This document shows positions 1-12,760 of a stretch of DNA of 64,000 nucleotides, piece by piece. How positions within the stretch are numbered: the first letter of the stretch is position 1; each line of letters begins with the position of its first letter. The notes beneath the pieces were generated by a model. The model made no database searches. It had not been told where the DNA came from and saw only the letters and a program-made list of their open reading frames with translations. The stretch covers positions 52,080,001 through 52,144,000 of the forward strand of contig NC_042997.1 of NCBI RefSeq assembly GCF_006345805.1, written 5' to 3'. This DNA is from Octopus sinensis (lineage: Eukaryota). The translations under genes were made by a program, and so were the position numbers.

Positions 1-222
1 CGCTTTTAAGCAATGGGTAGCTTGAAAATTGTGGAAATCCTTTCCATATGAAAGCATTGAAATATAGAATATTTATCCTCCAAATGCAATCCTGAGCGCT
101 CATTCTCACTGTTCGATACAATTGTGTGAGTATGTGCGTGCGTGCATGCGTATGTGTGCATCTGTGCGTGTGTGAATATGTGTGTATGTGTGTATGTGCG
201 TGAGTGTGTGTGTGTGTGTGTA

Positions 223-281
<59 letters not shown>

Positions 282-637
282 AAGTGTATATTTATCTATG
301 TATCAGATTCATTTAAAAGTAATTTGTAAGTTTGCAAACTGACAACTCATTTTGAAATATAAACAAAAATACTAAATTTGAAATGGATTTACTAATTTAC
401 AATTGTTTTCATATTTACCTTTTTTCTATAACAAATGTCTTATTCTCTGCCTCTGTTTCTATCTTTCGATCTCACTTTGTGTGTGTGAGTGTGTATGTGT
501 GTGTATATGTGTGTGTGTGTGTGTATGTGCGTGCGTGTATGTGTGCGTGTGCAGCGTTCCTTTACTATCAGCCAACCAGGAAGTCTAACATATGTACTCA
601 TCCTGCACTTATGATAATTGTCTCTGTGTTTGTCTTT

Positions 638-686
<49 letters not shown>

Positions 687-1782
687 CTCTATATGAAGTA
701 ATGCGTGGCTGGAGAAATCAACCAGCATTTATATCGGCTATTATTAAGCACACGTACTTTCAACTTCAACACAACAACGTCTACTGGAACGCAACATTTT
801 CAACGTCCATTTACTCAAAGAGAAAAATAAAAAGACTAGCCACGTCATTCAGATATACAAGCTGAAACAAAAATACTAACAACCCAATTTAAAAACTGAA
901 AACCGTATGGAATGCCGTGTAGAACCATAAAATTGTTCTATGCGTAAGCCGTGTAGAACAATAAAAGATTACATAAACAACTATTTACTTAACCCTAACG
1001 CAGATTAATATGCCCCGCCAATATGAATCGGATATAGTTTGCAAGCACATCCTCGACTTCGTTAACCTCAAGAACTGAGTGCAGTGGAACAACAACAGCG
1101 CCGTATCATGGAAGGTGAAGCGCTTTTGGGATTCCCTTTATTTTCTTTTGTAGAATTTTAACATTTACCATTTAATCCTTTTAACATTTAAACATTTTCT
1201 GAAAGCCTTAGAATTCAGAAAAATATTCATTACATTTGCATGTCTATCACTAGAATAATTATGAATGCAACGATGTCATTCTTGTTTCCTGACAACTTGT
1301 TCTGGGGGTCAGAAATGAAAGCGAAGAACTTTTCAGTATTTCCAAGAAAGTTTAAATGGAAATTTCAGAATTAAACAACTTGCGTATTTTAGGAACTACG
1401 AAAAGTCATGCAAGTTGTAAAGTCATAGAATTACCAAGGACAATTATCAAGCACCTCCTACAAGATGAATAGACAAAATATGTGCAAATTTACAAAAGAA
1501 TTGATAAGCATTCCATCTAAGTTTTCAAACAAATATACTGGAAATCACATTCGGCACGAAGTTTGAAACGTTAATCTTTTGGAAATAATATGAAATATGA
1601 CCACAAATAAATATCACCTCGACAGGGAATCCTAATGAAGACAATTATGCAAACAAAAACTTCAATCATAAAACAGCTAGTAGATAACGCAAATAAAGGA
1701 ATTTTTCATCTGTTATCTATGCAACCAAGCTGCCTCCCACTATAATGATGCATAATCATGAACTAACTCCAGATAAAATCTA

Positions 1783-1854
<72 letters not shown>

Positions 1855-2077
1855 GAAATATTAAACTACTAGTCTCTCTAAAGGAGATTACGGCAGCGTT
1901 ACTGGATATTAATAGTTATCGCCATACTAATATGGCAGTCTATAAAATAAGCTAAAGCTGTCGCTGATTAGCTCCAAGAGGCCATCGCCTCTAGCTAGCT
2001 ATATGACACACGAACCTGCGTCCATTACAACACTTCGAACAGGGGAGGTCAGCCGCTTCACCTTGCTAGTCAGACAT

Positions 2078-2117
2078 CTGCAGACATTTTCAGGGTTGTT
2101 GCCCTTTATCAATGCAG
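2078..2117 (-). ncRNA. Candidate type I hammerhead ribozyme, U3-A8 core variant, stem III damaged
   Basis: Minus strand: ctgca-TTGATAA-agggcaacaaccct-GAAA-atg-TC-tgcag; stem I 5 bp, stem II aggg/ccct with 6-nt loop, GUC triplet; 15.2-16.2 pair is an A.G mismatch. Confidence 0.45.
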
Positions 2118-2170
2118 CGTAGTCAGAACCAGCATTGTCGCTACTAACCGTCTGTTCGAAGAATATATAT

Positions 2171-2205
<35 letters not shown>

Positions 2206-3164
2206 TATAAAGAAAGTCACGCAAAATAGCAGACCTAGGAAGAGACATATCATAGGATTTAATTCACTGCTTGTAGCAGAACAACTAAGAACTTTGCATT
2301 CTTTATAAGTAATCATTTTCCACTCACACATAGGTACCATAAATTATTTAATGAGAACAACAGAAATTAGCTACAGTGGCTTTGAAGGCAACGTTTCCTG
2401 ACTATCATTGTGATCTATAATATTCACTCAGTAATTTCTCACTTCACATCAAGAATAACATCTGCTTTTGGTACAGAAAAGGACTGCATAGGGATAGCAG
2501 GGAATACCCTCAAGATGAGATAAACACATCACACTCATCCCTTTAGAATTAGGGGTAGAATTATTCCACCAATGAATTGAAAATTGAAGGAGTGTGAAAT
2601 CAATTACGTCCCAATAAACAAGAATATCTCGGAAACTGTCTCAGTTTATTCCAAGCTGATGGACCTTGTGCTTCACTGTAAAATTCATCCAAATGCAAAC
2701 ATCTACGATGCTAAACAAGAAATGTGAGATAAGTACTAATGACTGACATTGGTAAAAAGTTTTGTTAGTCATTCCAAGCTTCAAGTTTGAGACACCAGCA
2801 CGAACATATGAATTTTTAACTTCTTAGATATAGCATTAAATACAACACCGGGCAAATATCACCTCTACAATCACAGATCGTTGACCACTTCAGTAAATTC
2901 TGAACGTTTCCCTGGTTAAATAGATATTTTGAATGCTTTAACAGTTTTCTTCCCGTATTGAACACTTCGTCGACAATCTGACTAAAGATGACCAATGAAA
3001 AACGATTTAACCATTGCATGTGTCTCCATAACCTGATCAAAAATGTTCAGCCAAATTTTTATCGCCCAACGTATCGAGGATACAGAGAAAATTGAGCTGA
3101 AGTGGAATGTGTGCTCAACTTCAAACAAATGTCTACTACATGTATTAAGTACTTACATTCTTCT

Positions 3165-4048
3165 GTGGGCCTTTGTACGTAAGTTTGCTTCCCAACCACA
3201 TGGTTCTGTGTTCAGTCCCACTGCGTAGCACCTTGGGTAAGAGTCTTCTACAATAGCCTCAGGCTAACGAAAGCCTTGTGAGTAGATTTGGTAGACAGAA
3301 ATTGAAAGAAGCCCGTCATATACTCTTTACTCTTTTCTCTTTTCATTGTTTCAGTCATTTGACTGCGGCCATGCTGGAGTACCGCCTTTAGTCGAGCAAA
3401 TCGACCCAGGACTTATTCGTTGTAAGCCTAGTACTTATTCTATCGGTCTCTTTTACCGCTAAGTTACGGGGATCGGTTGCCAAGCGATGTTGGGAGGATA
3501 AACACAAACATATACACACATATACATACATACATACATACATACATACATACATACATACATACACACACATATATATATAATGATATATATATATATA
3601 ATATATATATATATATACCGACGGGCTTCTTTCAGTTCCGTCTACCAAATCCACTCACAAGGCTTGGTCGGGCCGAGGCTATAGTAGAATACACTTGCCC
3701 AAGGTGCCACGCAGTGGGACTGAACCCGTAACCAGGGGTTCGTAAGTAAGCTATCTATCTACAGCCACTCCTACGCCTATATATATATATATATAGATAT
3801 ATATATATAATATATATATATACGTGTGTGTGTATGTATCTGTGTCTGTGCTTGTCCCCCACCACCACAGCCGGTGTTGGTGTTGGTGTGTTTGCGTCCC
3901 CGTGACTTAGCTGTTCGACAAAAGAGACCGATAGAATAAGTACCAGGCTTAAAATATGAGTGCTGGGTTCGATTCATTCGATTAAAAACTCAATGCGGTG
4001 CTCCAGAATGGCCGTCGTGTAATGATTGAAATAAGTAAAAGATAAAAG

Positions 4049-4050
<2 letters not shown>
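3165..4050. mobile_element. Nested tRNA-derived SINEs (family A): minus copy 3323-3778 inserted into the (TA)n middle of a plus copy
   Basis: Plus head/body 3165-3322 and plus tail about 3820-4050 flank a complete reverse copy with the same body (...ggatttggtagacggaaactgaaagaagcccgtcg... and ...gaccgatagaataagtact...). Confidence 0.8.
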
Positions 4051-4079
<29 letters not shown>

Positions 4080-4311
4080 TGTATGTATGTATGTATGTAT
4101 GTATACACGTACGCACACAATACACGTACACACTTGCGCATGAGTTTCTGCTTCAGTAAACATCATCAGCATAGCAGCTTTCCTGTATTATCTCCAGCAA
4201 AGTGTCTCTAGTGTTGAACGCATATATGACCCAGATAATTGTGTAAATGAAACGAAATGAGCTATCAGAAGTAACTCAGAGTAGTAAGTGGCATGCATAA
4301 ATAGGAGCGTT

Positions 4312-4342
<31 letters not shown>

Positions 4343-4360
4343 TGTGTGTGTTGTGCGTGC

Positions 4361-4402
<42 letters not shown>

Positions 4403-4437
4403 ATACGTATGTACGAATACGCCCAGAAACTAATTCA

Positions 4438-4825
4438 TCTATATCTTTATATATAAAAGTGTCTGTCTCCTACGATTTAGATTCCTAACTACTCCCACAT
4501 TTTGCGGTGCAGTTTAACCAAAACCGGGTATCTTATAGTCGTGATTCATATCGAGCCCTTCTGGGTATTAGCGCGCATCTACGATGAGTCTACGATTTAA
4601 AAAAAATTTACCATCAATTTTTCCCATTTTTAATGCAATTTTGGCATATATAAGGGAAGTAACTCTCTAAAAATTTATTATTAAATCTCAGAACGTAAAA
4701 AACTACAGTAACACCTCCTCTTTGTGGTTAGCCATATTGAGATGGCTATTATACTTTACATCTCTAAAAATGCTTATATAGTTATTTCCCTTACAAACCC
4801 GAGCAACGCCGGGCGATACTGGTAG
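4438..4825 (+). mobile_element. Non-autonomous Helitron-like element
   Basis: 5' A|TCTATATCTTTATATATAAAAG; 3' GC-rich hairpin cccgagcaacgccggg (4798-4813) followed by ...tgGTAG|T (CTAG-like end); inserted between A and T; no TSD. Confidence 0.62.
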
Positions 4826-4901
<76 letters not shown>

Positions 4902-5632
4902 TCTAAATATATTAGGTGTTTTCTACATACACTCTGTATTGTGTGGATTTTTCAAAGGTTTTCTTCTGTTATTTATTATCCATGTAAGCGCGTTTCATTA
5001 CACTGAACATCTAGTGTTTATTGAGTTCTATTATGACAAAATTTTCGTTACCAGCAAACTCTTGGGAATGCGTTTTATTCCACCAATATCGCGTGTTAAG
5101 TTCCTATGTGTGTGCGTGCGAGTTTGTGTGACCGTGTGTTTAAGTTTATTGCTTTACAACCGCTTTTTCTATGGGTCGGATTGTTCTTTGTTAGCATTAT
5201 TGTGTTTAGAATCCGTTCTACTTATAAACGAATTAACCGTCAAGTAGGTGTGGACCCAGTTCTTTTTCCTCTCGTTCAGACAAAATCGAGTAAAAATAGT
5301 TATACGCGTATGAGTGCACACGCACAAATACGTTTATATTTAGTTTTATATTATCTTTTAGATGTAAAAGAAAGCATTTTAACTCGAATTAAGGAGTGAT
5401 GATTAAGAAAACTTTATTGAGGTTTATCTAAGTGCTATTTAAAAACACCATAAGAGGATTAACGCTTATACATGCATACATACATACATACATACATACA
5501 TACATACATACATACACATGTTTGCATATATGTGTGTGCGTAAGTACATAGATTTGAAAAAATTAACACACACACACACATATATGTATATATGTATATA
5601 TATATATGTGTATATGTATATATATATATGTG

Positions 5633-5696
<64 letters not shown>

Positions 5697-5908
5697 CAAT
5701 GATAAATCTCAGAGCGAATTATAAACAGTAGCGGTAACACATCGTGACGTATATTTGCCATTTGAATATGGCTAACCCCTAAGGGTGGATGCTACTGTAG
5801 TTTGTAGCCCCAGGAAGACACCTCCTCCAGGTGGCTATAGACACACTTTCTGTGCCCTATCAGTATTTGTGAAGGGAAGCCATCCTTCCCATCTTCAACT
5901 TATGATAC

Positions 5909-5951
5909 ACACGGTCTCGAGTTTCAAGGTATTGACCTATCATCGGCGTGT
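5909..5951 (-). ncRNA. Hammerhead ribozyme motif, probably inactive copy (U16.1 to A)
   Basis: Minus strand: acacg-CCGATGA-taggtcaatacctt-GAAACTCGAG-A-C-cgtgt; paralogue of 6261-6303. Confidence 0.55.
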
Positions 5952-6260
5952 GACAATCATAGTTGTCGACGAGAAGTCAGCTCCCTTCACAAATACATAT
6001 ACTTTTTCCAGTATCGATTGACACTGATATTGAAAAAGTGAAATCAAACAATGATAAATCTCAGAGCGAGTTATAAAAAGTAGCGGTAACACATCGTGAC
6101 GTATATTTGCCATTTGAATATGGCTAACCCCTAAGGGTGGATGCTACTGTAGTTTGTAGCCCCAGGAAGACACCTCCTCCAGGTGGCTATAGACACACTT
6201 TCTGTGCCCTATCAGTATTTGTGAAGGGAAATCATCCTTCCCATCTTCAACTTATGATAC

Positions 6261-6303
6261 ACACGGACTCGAGTTTCAAGGTATTGACCCATCATCGGCG
6301 TGT
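6261..6303 (-). ncRNA. Type I hammerhead ribozyme (C4 variant, palindromic stem III, GUC site)
   Basis: Minus strand: acacg-CCGATGA-tgggtcaatacctt-GAA-ACTCGAGT-C-cgtgt; stem I acacg/cgtgt perfect, stem II gggt/acct, stem III the perfect palindrome ACTCGAGT. Confidence 0.7.
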
Positions 6304-6576
6304 TGAAGATGGGAAGGATGGGAAGGATGACTTCCCTTCACAAATACTGATAGGGCAACTCGTTAGGCCGAAAGTACCTTAATTATATGAAGATTACACT
6401 TTCGTTAATTTTTTCAGTATATTGAACTTCGATATAAGAAAAGTCTACAACCTTCGACGCCAATAAATTATTGTTGTTCTTGAACGTTGTTTTTTTATAC
6501 CTACCACGGACTGCTCGAAACGTACAAACCTCCTACACTCAGATCTTTGAATCTTATAATTACGCGCTCGCGCGTA

Positions 6577-6610
<34 letters not shown>

Positions 6611-6649
6611 ACACACACACACACACACCACACACACACACACATTATA

Positions 6650-8140
6650 GTGATAACTACAGAGAGCAAAGAGCGTGACAGATTGTCTGCACACATCGTT
6701 GGTGGTGTGGTTCTCAGAACAGTATTTGGGACTGGTGAAGCTGTTGATGTTGTTGCTGTTTATATTTGTGTATATTCCTTTTGCCTGTCCAACCTTAGTG
6801 GAGATAGTTGTGTCTTTAGAGTTCTGTTGCATGTCCTGGTTGTTGTATATAGGTCTACGCTCTTGGAGGTGTTTATGAAGTGACAAGGACTGCATGTACT
6901 GAAGTTGCTGCACCAAAAGACTAGCCTTTGTATGTCCAGATGGCTTTTCAGCTTTTGTGTTTTTGCTTCGTCGTGTCGTTGTGTCGTGGGTGTGAACTGT
7001 GGTTTTGCATAATGTGCTATTTTGTGTAGTTTATATGTTATCGTGGAGAAACTGGGGTCTCCAAGTATGACTAGAGTAATCCACAATAGACCCTAATAGA
7101 TCTAATGTATTGTTTATACACCCACAAGGGTGCTAAACACAGAGAGGACAAACAAGGAGAGACAAACGGATTAAGTCGATTATATCGACCCCAGTGCGTA
7201 ACTGGTACTTATTTAATTGACCCCGAAAGGATGAAAGGCAAAGAGGACCTCGCCGGAATTTGAACTCAGAACGTAACCGCAGACGAAATACTGCTAAGCA
7301 TTTCGCCCGGCGTGCTAACGTTTCTGCCAGCTCGCCACTTTATACACCATTGTTGTTTGTTTTTGTTGGCTAATTGTGGTGCCTTGTACGTCGTTTTTCT
7401 TTCTCACCTATACTTTCTATGTGGATTGTGAATGTTGTGGAAGTGTGTCTTCTGAGTGTGATATATTTATGTTGTTGAGTTTGATAACCGGTTGTATTTG
7501 ATGTTTTCTGGCGTTGCTAATAGAAAGAGGACACTGGATTTGGTAGGCGTAACGTTTGTAGTTGTAGAGTCATGTTTCGAAAGGATGTAAGTAGTACTGG
7601 AGTAGTTGTGTAGCAGTGTCTATAGAACGGCAGGTGGATGTGATTATGGCGTCATCTATGTATGAAAATGTTTCTAACTTTCGAGGAGGTATTGGAAGTT
7701 CGTGTAGGTATAGGTTGAAGAGCGTAAGCGAGGAAACAAATCATTGAGCTACTCCATTCAAGAAACGGCAAGTTCTGGAAATATTGTTGCTCCACTCGAA
7801 ATAGGCTTGGTCCCCTGACAAGTAGTTTGATAGCCAACGTTTTTCTCTTAAAGTGGTTTAAAAAATAGAGTCAAAAGCTTTTGAAATGTATGGGAAATTT
7901 TTGATCTTTAAAGCCATTATGTATTTTCTACGTTTTAGATGGCGTGATTGTGGAGTGTAGTAGTCTCAATATGTTGTTGTGTTTTGAATAGTAGTATGTA
8001 TAGATGAACGATGTAAAGTATTAATCTTTTTACAGTTTTTTAGTGTGTACTTTCAAGTAGATACTGGTGAGTGCAGTGATTCTTTCAGGCCCTAGGTGTC
8101 ATGAGATTATGTTTATGATAACTTATCTATCTCCTGAAGC
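6650..8140 (-). mobile_element. Decayed non-LTR retrotransposon RT (I/Jockey-like), interrupted by a SINE
   Basis: Minus-strand translation gives ISKAFDSI (about 7863-7887), RWLSNYLSG, NGVAQ*FVSSLTLFNLYL (GVPQGSVLSPTLFNLY-like, from 7758 down), YIDD (7651-7662); many stops. Confidence 0.8.
7110..7336 (-). mobile_element. tRNA-derived SINE family B (Meta-domain-like)
   Basis: Head ggcgagctggcagaaacgttagcacgccgggcgaaatg, body gcctttcatcctttcggggtc-ataaataagtaccag; recurs many times in the window. The MetaSINE label is from recall and needs a Dfam check. Confidence 0.75.
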
Positions 8141-8241
8141 TGCCCCTAAAACACATCTGTATGTTTTAACCGACACTAATTAGAGGCAGATAACTGCTTT
8201 TGAAATCATCTGATGGAAGAAAAATAGTTAAAATACGGAAC

Positions 8242-9458
8242 AATAGCTCGAAGCTAAAACTTACAGATGAAGAGAGGACGTATCTTTGATAAACCGAGCG
8301 CGTGATACGAAGCATTTCCAATGGGTAGCCATTTAGTTTGACAACTGAAAAGATACTGCTGTTCATTGCTGCAATACACGTTCCGAAAACCGATCAGAAA
8401 TCGGCAGCGCTCAAGACTGTGTCCTGTCCAACGTTTTAGACTGATCTAAATACAGCACTCCACGAAAGTCAGATCTAATGCGGAACCGCTCTACAATGCG
8501 TTGCGTGATGTGAAAGTTGCTGTTGATAGATCTGGTGGGGATCGCCTAAGTTTGTACGATCACACTACGAACATCAAGAATCAACCTCTTGGTGCACATT
8601 TTTTGTCAAAATTTGTAATTCTGTCCAGCAGAGTTGTGAACCTGAAGTTGTTTATTATGATCCCATCGCCTTATTCTGGTTCTTCTACAATAATTCGCCA
8701 CTCGACAGATCACAAATATGAAAATGCTCCCAATTTACTATCTATTGTAATAGTTAAGTTTCTAAGACAGCGGCGGCGGCAGTGAGGGCGCGTGGCTTAG
8801 TGGTTAGGGCATTCGGCTCATGATCGTAAGGTTGTGAGTTCGATTCCCGGCGACGCGTTGTGTCCTTGAGCAAGACACTTTATTTCACGTTGCTCCAGTC
8901 CACTCAGCTGGCAAAAATGAGTTGTACTTGTATTTCAAAGGGTCAGCCTTGTCACTCTCTGTGTCACGCTGATTATCCCCGAGAACTACGTTAAGGGTAC
9001 ACGTGTCTGTGGAATGCTCAGCCATTTGCACGTTAATTTCACGAGCAAGCTGTTCCGTTGATCGTATCAGCTGGGACCCTCGTCGTCGTAACCGGCGGAG
9101 TCTTTTAAGACAGCGGCGAAAAATCTGACATTTATCAATAAAGTTTGAGGGACAGACCGGTGATTTATCTCACGCAACAGATCAATAAATCTGTTACTTC
9201 GACAGCCGAAATCGGCTTTCCAGAGAACCCTACGTCTTCGACTGAGAATCACGGCAGACTGTCGTCGAGGTGGGCATCGAAATGCATCATTTACAGTTAA
9301 TCGCTCCTTGTGGATAATCCAGCGAACATAATTTCGATGCAATGAACATTTCAGGAGGATCTAGGTAGGAATTTTATACAAGAATTTAAAGTTCGTATCA
9401 GAAGTACAACAGAACCAGTACAAACCAGCTGTGTGCTTTATATGCCTCTATTTAGAGG
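8242..9458 (-). mobile_element. Decayed Tx1/L1-clade LINE RT fragment interrupted by a SINE
   Basis: Minus strand: GKPISAVEV (about 9200-9230), NNFRFTTLLD/ELQILTK (about 8600-8650), LYLDQSKTLDR (about 8420-8455), matching Tx1 NFRPITLLN-ELKILAK and LDQSKAFDR. Confidence 0.7.
8776..9105 (+). mobile_element. tRNA-derived CORE-like SINE family C with 13-bp TSD
   Basis: A/B boxes (gtggcttagtggttagg; gagttcgattccc), CORE-like gtgtccttgagcaagacactt; TSD taagacagcggcg at 8763-8775 and 9106-9118. Confidence 0.85.
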
Positions 9459-9709
9459 CTTTTAAAATCATCTGATGGAAGAAAAGTAGTTAAAATTAGG
9501 AACTCGGAGTGAGTGCAGTTGTGGTTTATATGTTCCCTTCACATAGTTTGCAGTTGAAGGAAATTAAAATTGAATGGTGTGTGTAAATGCGGGTGTTATG
9601 TGCATTTGAATGTGTTTGTATCTATGTGTGCATGTGTGTGTTTTTGTGGGGGAAAAATCAGATGCATCCACATAAAATAATTTACGAAAATATAATTATT
9701 ATACATACG

Positions 9710-9872
9710 TGACTGTATGGTAAGAAGCTTGATTCCCAACTACATTCTCCCCACTTCAGTCACACTGCATGGCACGTGTATTCTATTATAGCCTCGTATA
9801 TTCTGTTATACCCTCGTGCTGACCAAAGCCTTGTGAGTGGATTTGGTAGACGGAAACTGAGAGAAACCCGTC

Positions 9873-9937
<65 letters not shown>

Positions 9938-10142
9938 AATGTGTCATCGTGTATACGATTGTCCTCCAACACCGCTTGATAACCAGTGGTGGTGTACTTA
10001 CCTCTCCGTAACTTAGCGATTCGGTAGAAGAGACCGATAGAATAAGTACCTGACTTTAAAAAAGGTAATGGAGTTGATTCTATAGTTCTTCGAATCGGTG
10101 CCCCAGCATGACCGCAGTTTAATGCCTGAAACAAATAAAAGA
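9710..10142 (+). mobile_element. SINE family A, degenerate
   Basis: Same body and tail as 19461-19852, with internal (TA)n(TG)n. Confidence 0.75.
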
Positions 10143-10200
10143 CTAAACGAATGCATGCATACATACATGCATACATACATACATATATACATACATACAT

Positions 10201-10235
<35 letters not shown>

Positions 10236-11339
10236 TACATGCACGCATACATACGTGTGTATGTATGTTTGTATGTATGTACGCATGCATGCTTGCAGAC
10301 GGAAAAAATACCATAAGTTGTAATAAAGACAGGCTTTAAAAAAAGTATACTATTTATTTCCTGTTTTGTATCTAACCATAAAACAGCCACGGGCATAGAT
10401 ATCGCTATTTTATTGTTACATTATAAAACAGAAAAACGCGTTTATAGGAATGCAATAATAAGTTTTCTTCGTAAAAAAAGAAAAAAAAAATCTTCTCATT
10501 CTCTAACTTATGCCAAAAAGTACCTATCACCCACCACTACAGAAAAAATCTTCCTTTATCTCTCCAAGCAAAAAATGTGCGAAAGTAAAAACAAAAGACG
10601 AACAATAACATAATAAGTTGTATTTATGCGTTTATAAAATGATTTGAAACCTCCGGAAGGAAAGCGAAATTGTTAAGATATCCAAGCCAGTGAGGTTGCT
10701 GATTCATGTAGAATGTCAGATAAGACGAAGGAAGCTATAAATATAGACAAAGTCATCATGGACTAAGGATCTTTTATATTATTCTTTTATTCTGTTACTG
10801 ATTTCTCTCATTTAACTGTGGCCATGCTGTTGCACTGCGTCTTGCGAATCACATCGACACCGACATTTATTTCAGTTTGGTATTTATTTTATTGAATTAG
10901 ATTCATCGAAAGACGGAATCTGACACCCAAACAAGACACTCGCATATCTCCAACATCTCTCTCTCTTTCCCTCTCTCTACCTCTCTCTCCCTCTCTCTCA
11001 CACACATACACACACATACATGCATGCACATACACACACATACATGCATGCACATACACACACACGCATGCACACACACATATGCACTTGCACACACACA
11101 CATATATACACAAGCACACACACACACACACAAACACACATACACACACGCGTACGCGCACGCGCGAAAATTCCTTTAACACCTCTTGTAGGGGAATTAA
11201 AAATAGAGGAAAATTCGTTCTCATATGACGCTATAGAATTGGGTGAAGCCTGTTGTTCGTATTGTTGGATCAATAGTGTTTATGGAAAGGAAAGATACAC
11301 AAATAAGCTGTTGAGAGGACAAATGGACACCTCGATAGA

Positions 11340-12760
11340 ATAACAAAGGCAGGCGAAATTTTATGAGCAAAGAAATCGTCATATTAAAGAGGGGTCTTTC
11401 ACTAAGGGTGCAGGGTTAGGAAGCCAATGCGCATGGGCAGTATGGGATGCAGTTGAGCAAAGAAAGTTATCGTGGAGCATGTTGTGAAAAGTGGAGGCAC
11501 CAAGCTTGAAATAGCTCTCGAGAGCGTTTCCATCCCCGGTTTGAGAGAGCTCTTCAGGATGTTTCCATCCCTGAGCAGTATTAGATGGTGGGGCTAGTGT
11601 GTTACTGCTGATTGTCGTCACAGTATTTCTGGCGGCATAACCAAGTTTTGCATATCCTCACTGATGCATCGAAAGAACAGTACGACAGCGTCAATGCAAT
11701 GAGAACCAATACCATATTGCACCCTGATGATTTTCAAAGCAGGGTGAGAAAGGATAATGCAGGTGTATCAACAAAGGAAAGCTGATATCCAAATTTCTGC
11801 ATGGGAAAATGAGAGGACAATGCAGAAGATATGAGAAACATTCATATTCTCAAGCCTTGTGGCAATAACAAAGTAATGCCCTGGCTTTATGCTACGATAC
11901 CTTGACCAAAAGTCCTGATTGTTGAGTTGATGGTGCAATGAGAAAGCAATACAGAGTCAGCTCATGAAAAGAAAGGCTTATAATATAAAAGACTTAAAGA
12001 ATTATTTGAGACATGTTGATGTCAACTACGGTATTTTCAGTAGATAGTATTACATACATATAAGAGGGAATTACCACTATGTGGAAACCCTAATGCTAGA
12101 AGTAGATCCGCTATGGTCATTACCACTAAGAATTGTTCTCTAGAAAATTTAGCAAACACCAGAAACGTAAGCGAGCAAGACAAATGAAAAGCAACAAAAA
12201 TATAGATTAATCATAAACAGTGTTTCACTATCAATAAATTACGTAATTTTACTTATGCAATTTATCTGTAGATCTTCAGTATGATCGTCCATACAAATAT
12301 AGGTGGGAGGTTATAGGTTTGTAATCAAATCGATAATATCTTACCTGGGTAGTACTGAAATTGGAAACGACAAAACAATAGTGATTCATGAACTGGAGAG
12401 GAGCGGAAAATGCATCTCCATGCATATGGCAGAGACATATGAATGAGAGTAAGACCATAACAGCAAATTACCAGTCCTCAATGGATAATAAAATAGTTGC
12501 TGCGTTGGTCGAGTGGTTACAGCTGTTGCTAGTGGATGACGGAGAAAATAGTTGTGCTAAAGCGTGAGCCAAAAGAATTTGGACATTTTCTAGGAGTATC
12601 AATGTTGCCCAGCATCCATGAAGGGAGCGATGATGTCGGAAGGTGCCAAAGTTATGATTTCTCGTCAACAGCTGATGAAAAGTGTGCCCCACAGTGCAAG
12701 CTGTATGTAAAATAATGACATTACGTGGGTGTAAGAACAAAAACATGATCAGACAAAATG
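11340..12760 (+). mobile_element. Highly decayed LTR retrotransposon pol relic (Gypsy/BEL-like)
   Basis: QVLHILTDASKEQY at about 11642-11683 (RNase H DAS motif) and MLPSIHEG..GRCQ at about 12602-12650 (integrase zinc-finger IHEGH-G-like); otherwise fragmented. Confidence 0.35.

Larger units (their letters stand above)
5695..6357 (-). repeat. 352-bp-period tandem duplication of a hammerhead-headed unit, plus terminal foldback
   Basis: 5695-5951 is near-identical to 6047-6303 (257 bp); both end exactly at the HHR stem I; 6302-6357 is an inverted copy of 6205-6251. Confidence 0.85.

Noticed and set aside
142-865. ORFs of 60-205 aa here and throughout (e.g. 383-865, 9760-10314, 46264-46881)
   Set aside because: They are translations of (TG)n, (TA)n, (TATG)n, (TC)n or (AAT)n microsatellites (VCVC, YIYI, NNNN runs), with no domain signal or splice support.
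1000-1140. Possible first exon ending ...atggaag|gtgaag
   Set aside because: No frame gives SLC6 N-terminal or TM1 sequence, and the donor is weak.
4131-4176. Minus-strand CTGATGA + 5-bp stem II + GAAAC
   Set aside because: Stem III has two mismatches, there is no NUH triplet and stem I does not pair; at most a very old relic.
11720-11770. CTGATGA...GAAA...ggtg
   Set aside because: No stem II or NUH; it lies in a probable LTR-retrotransposon relic.
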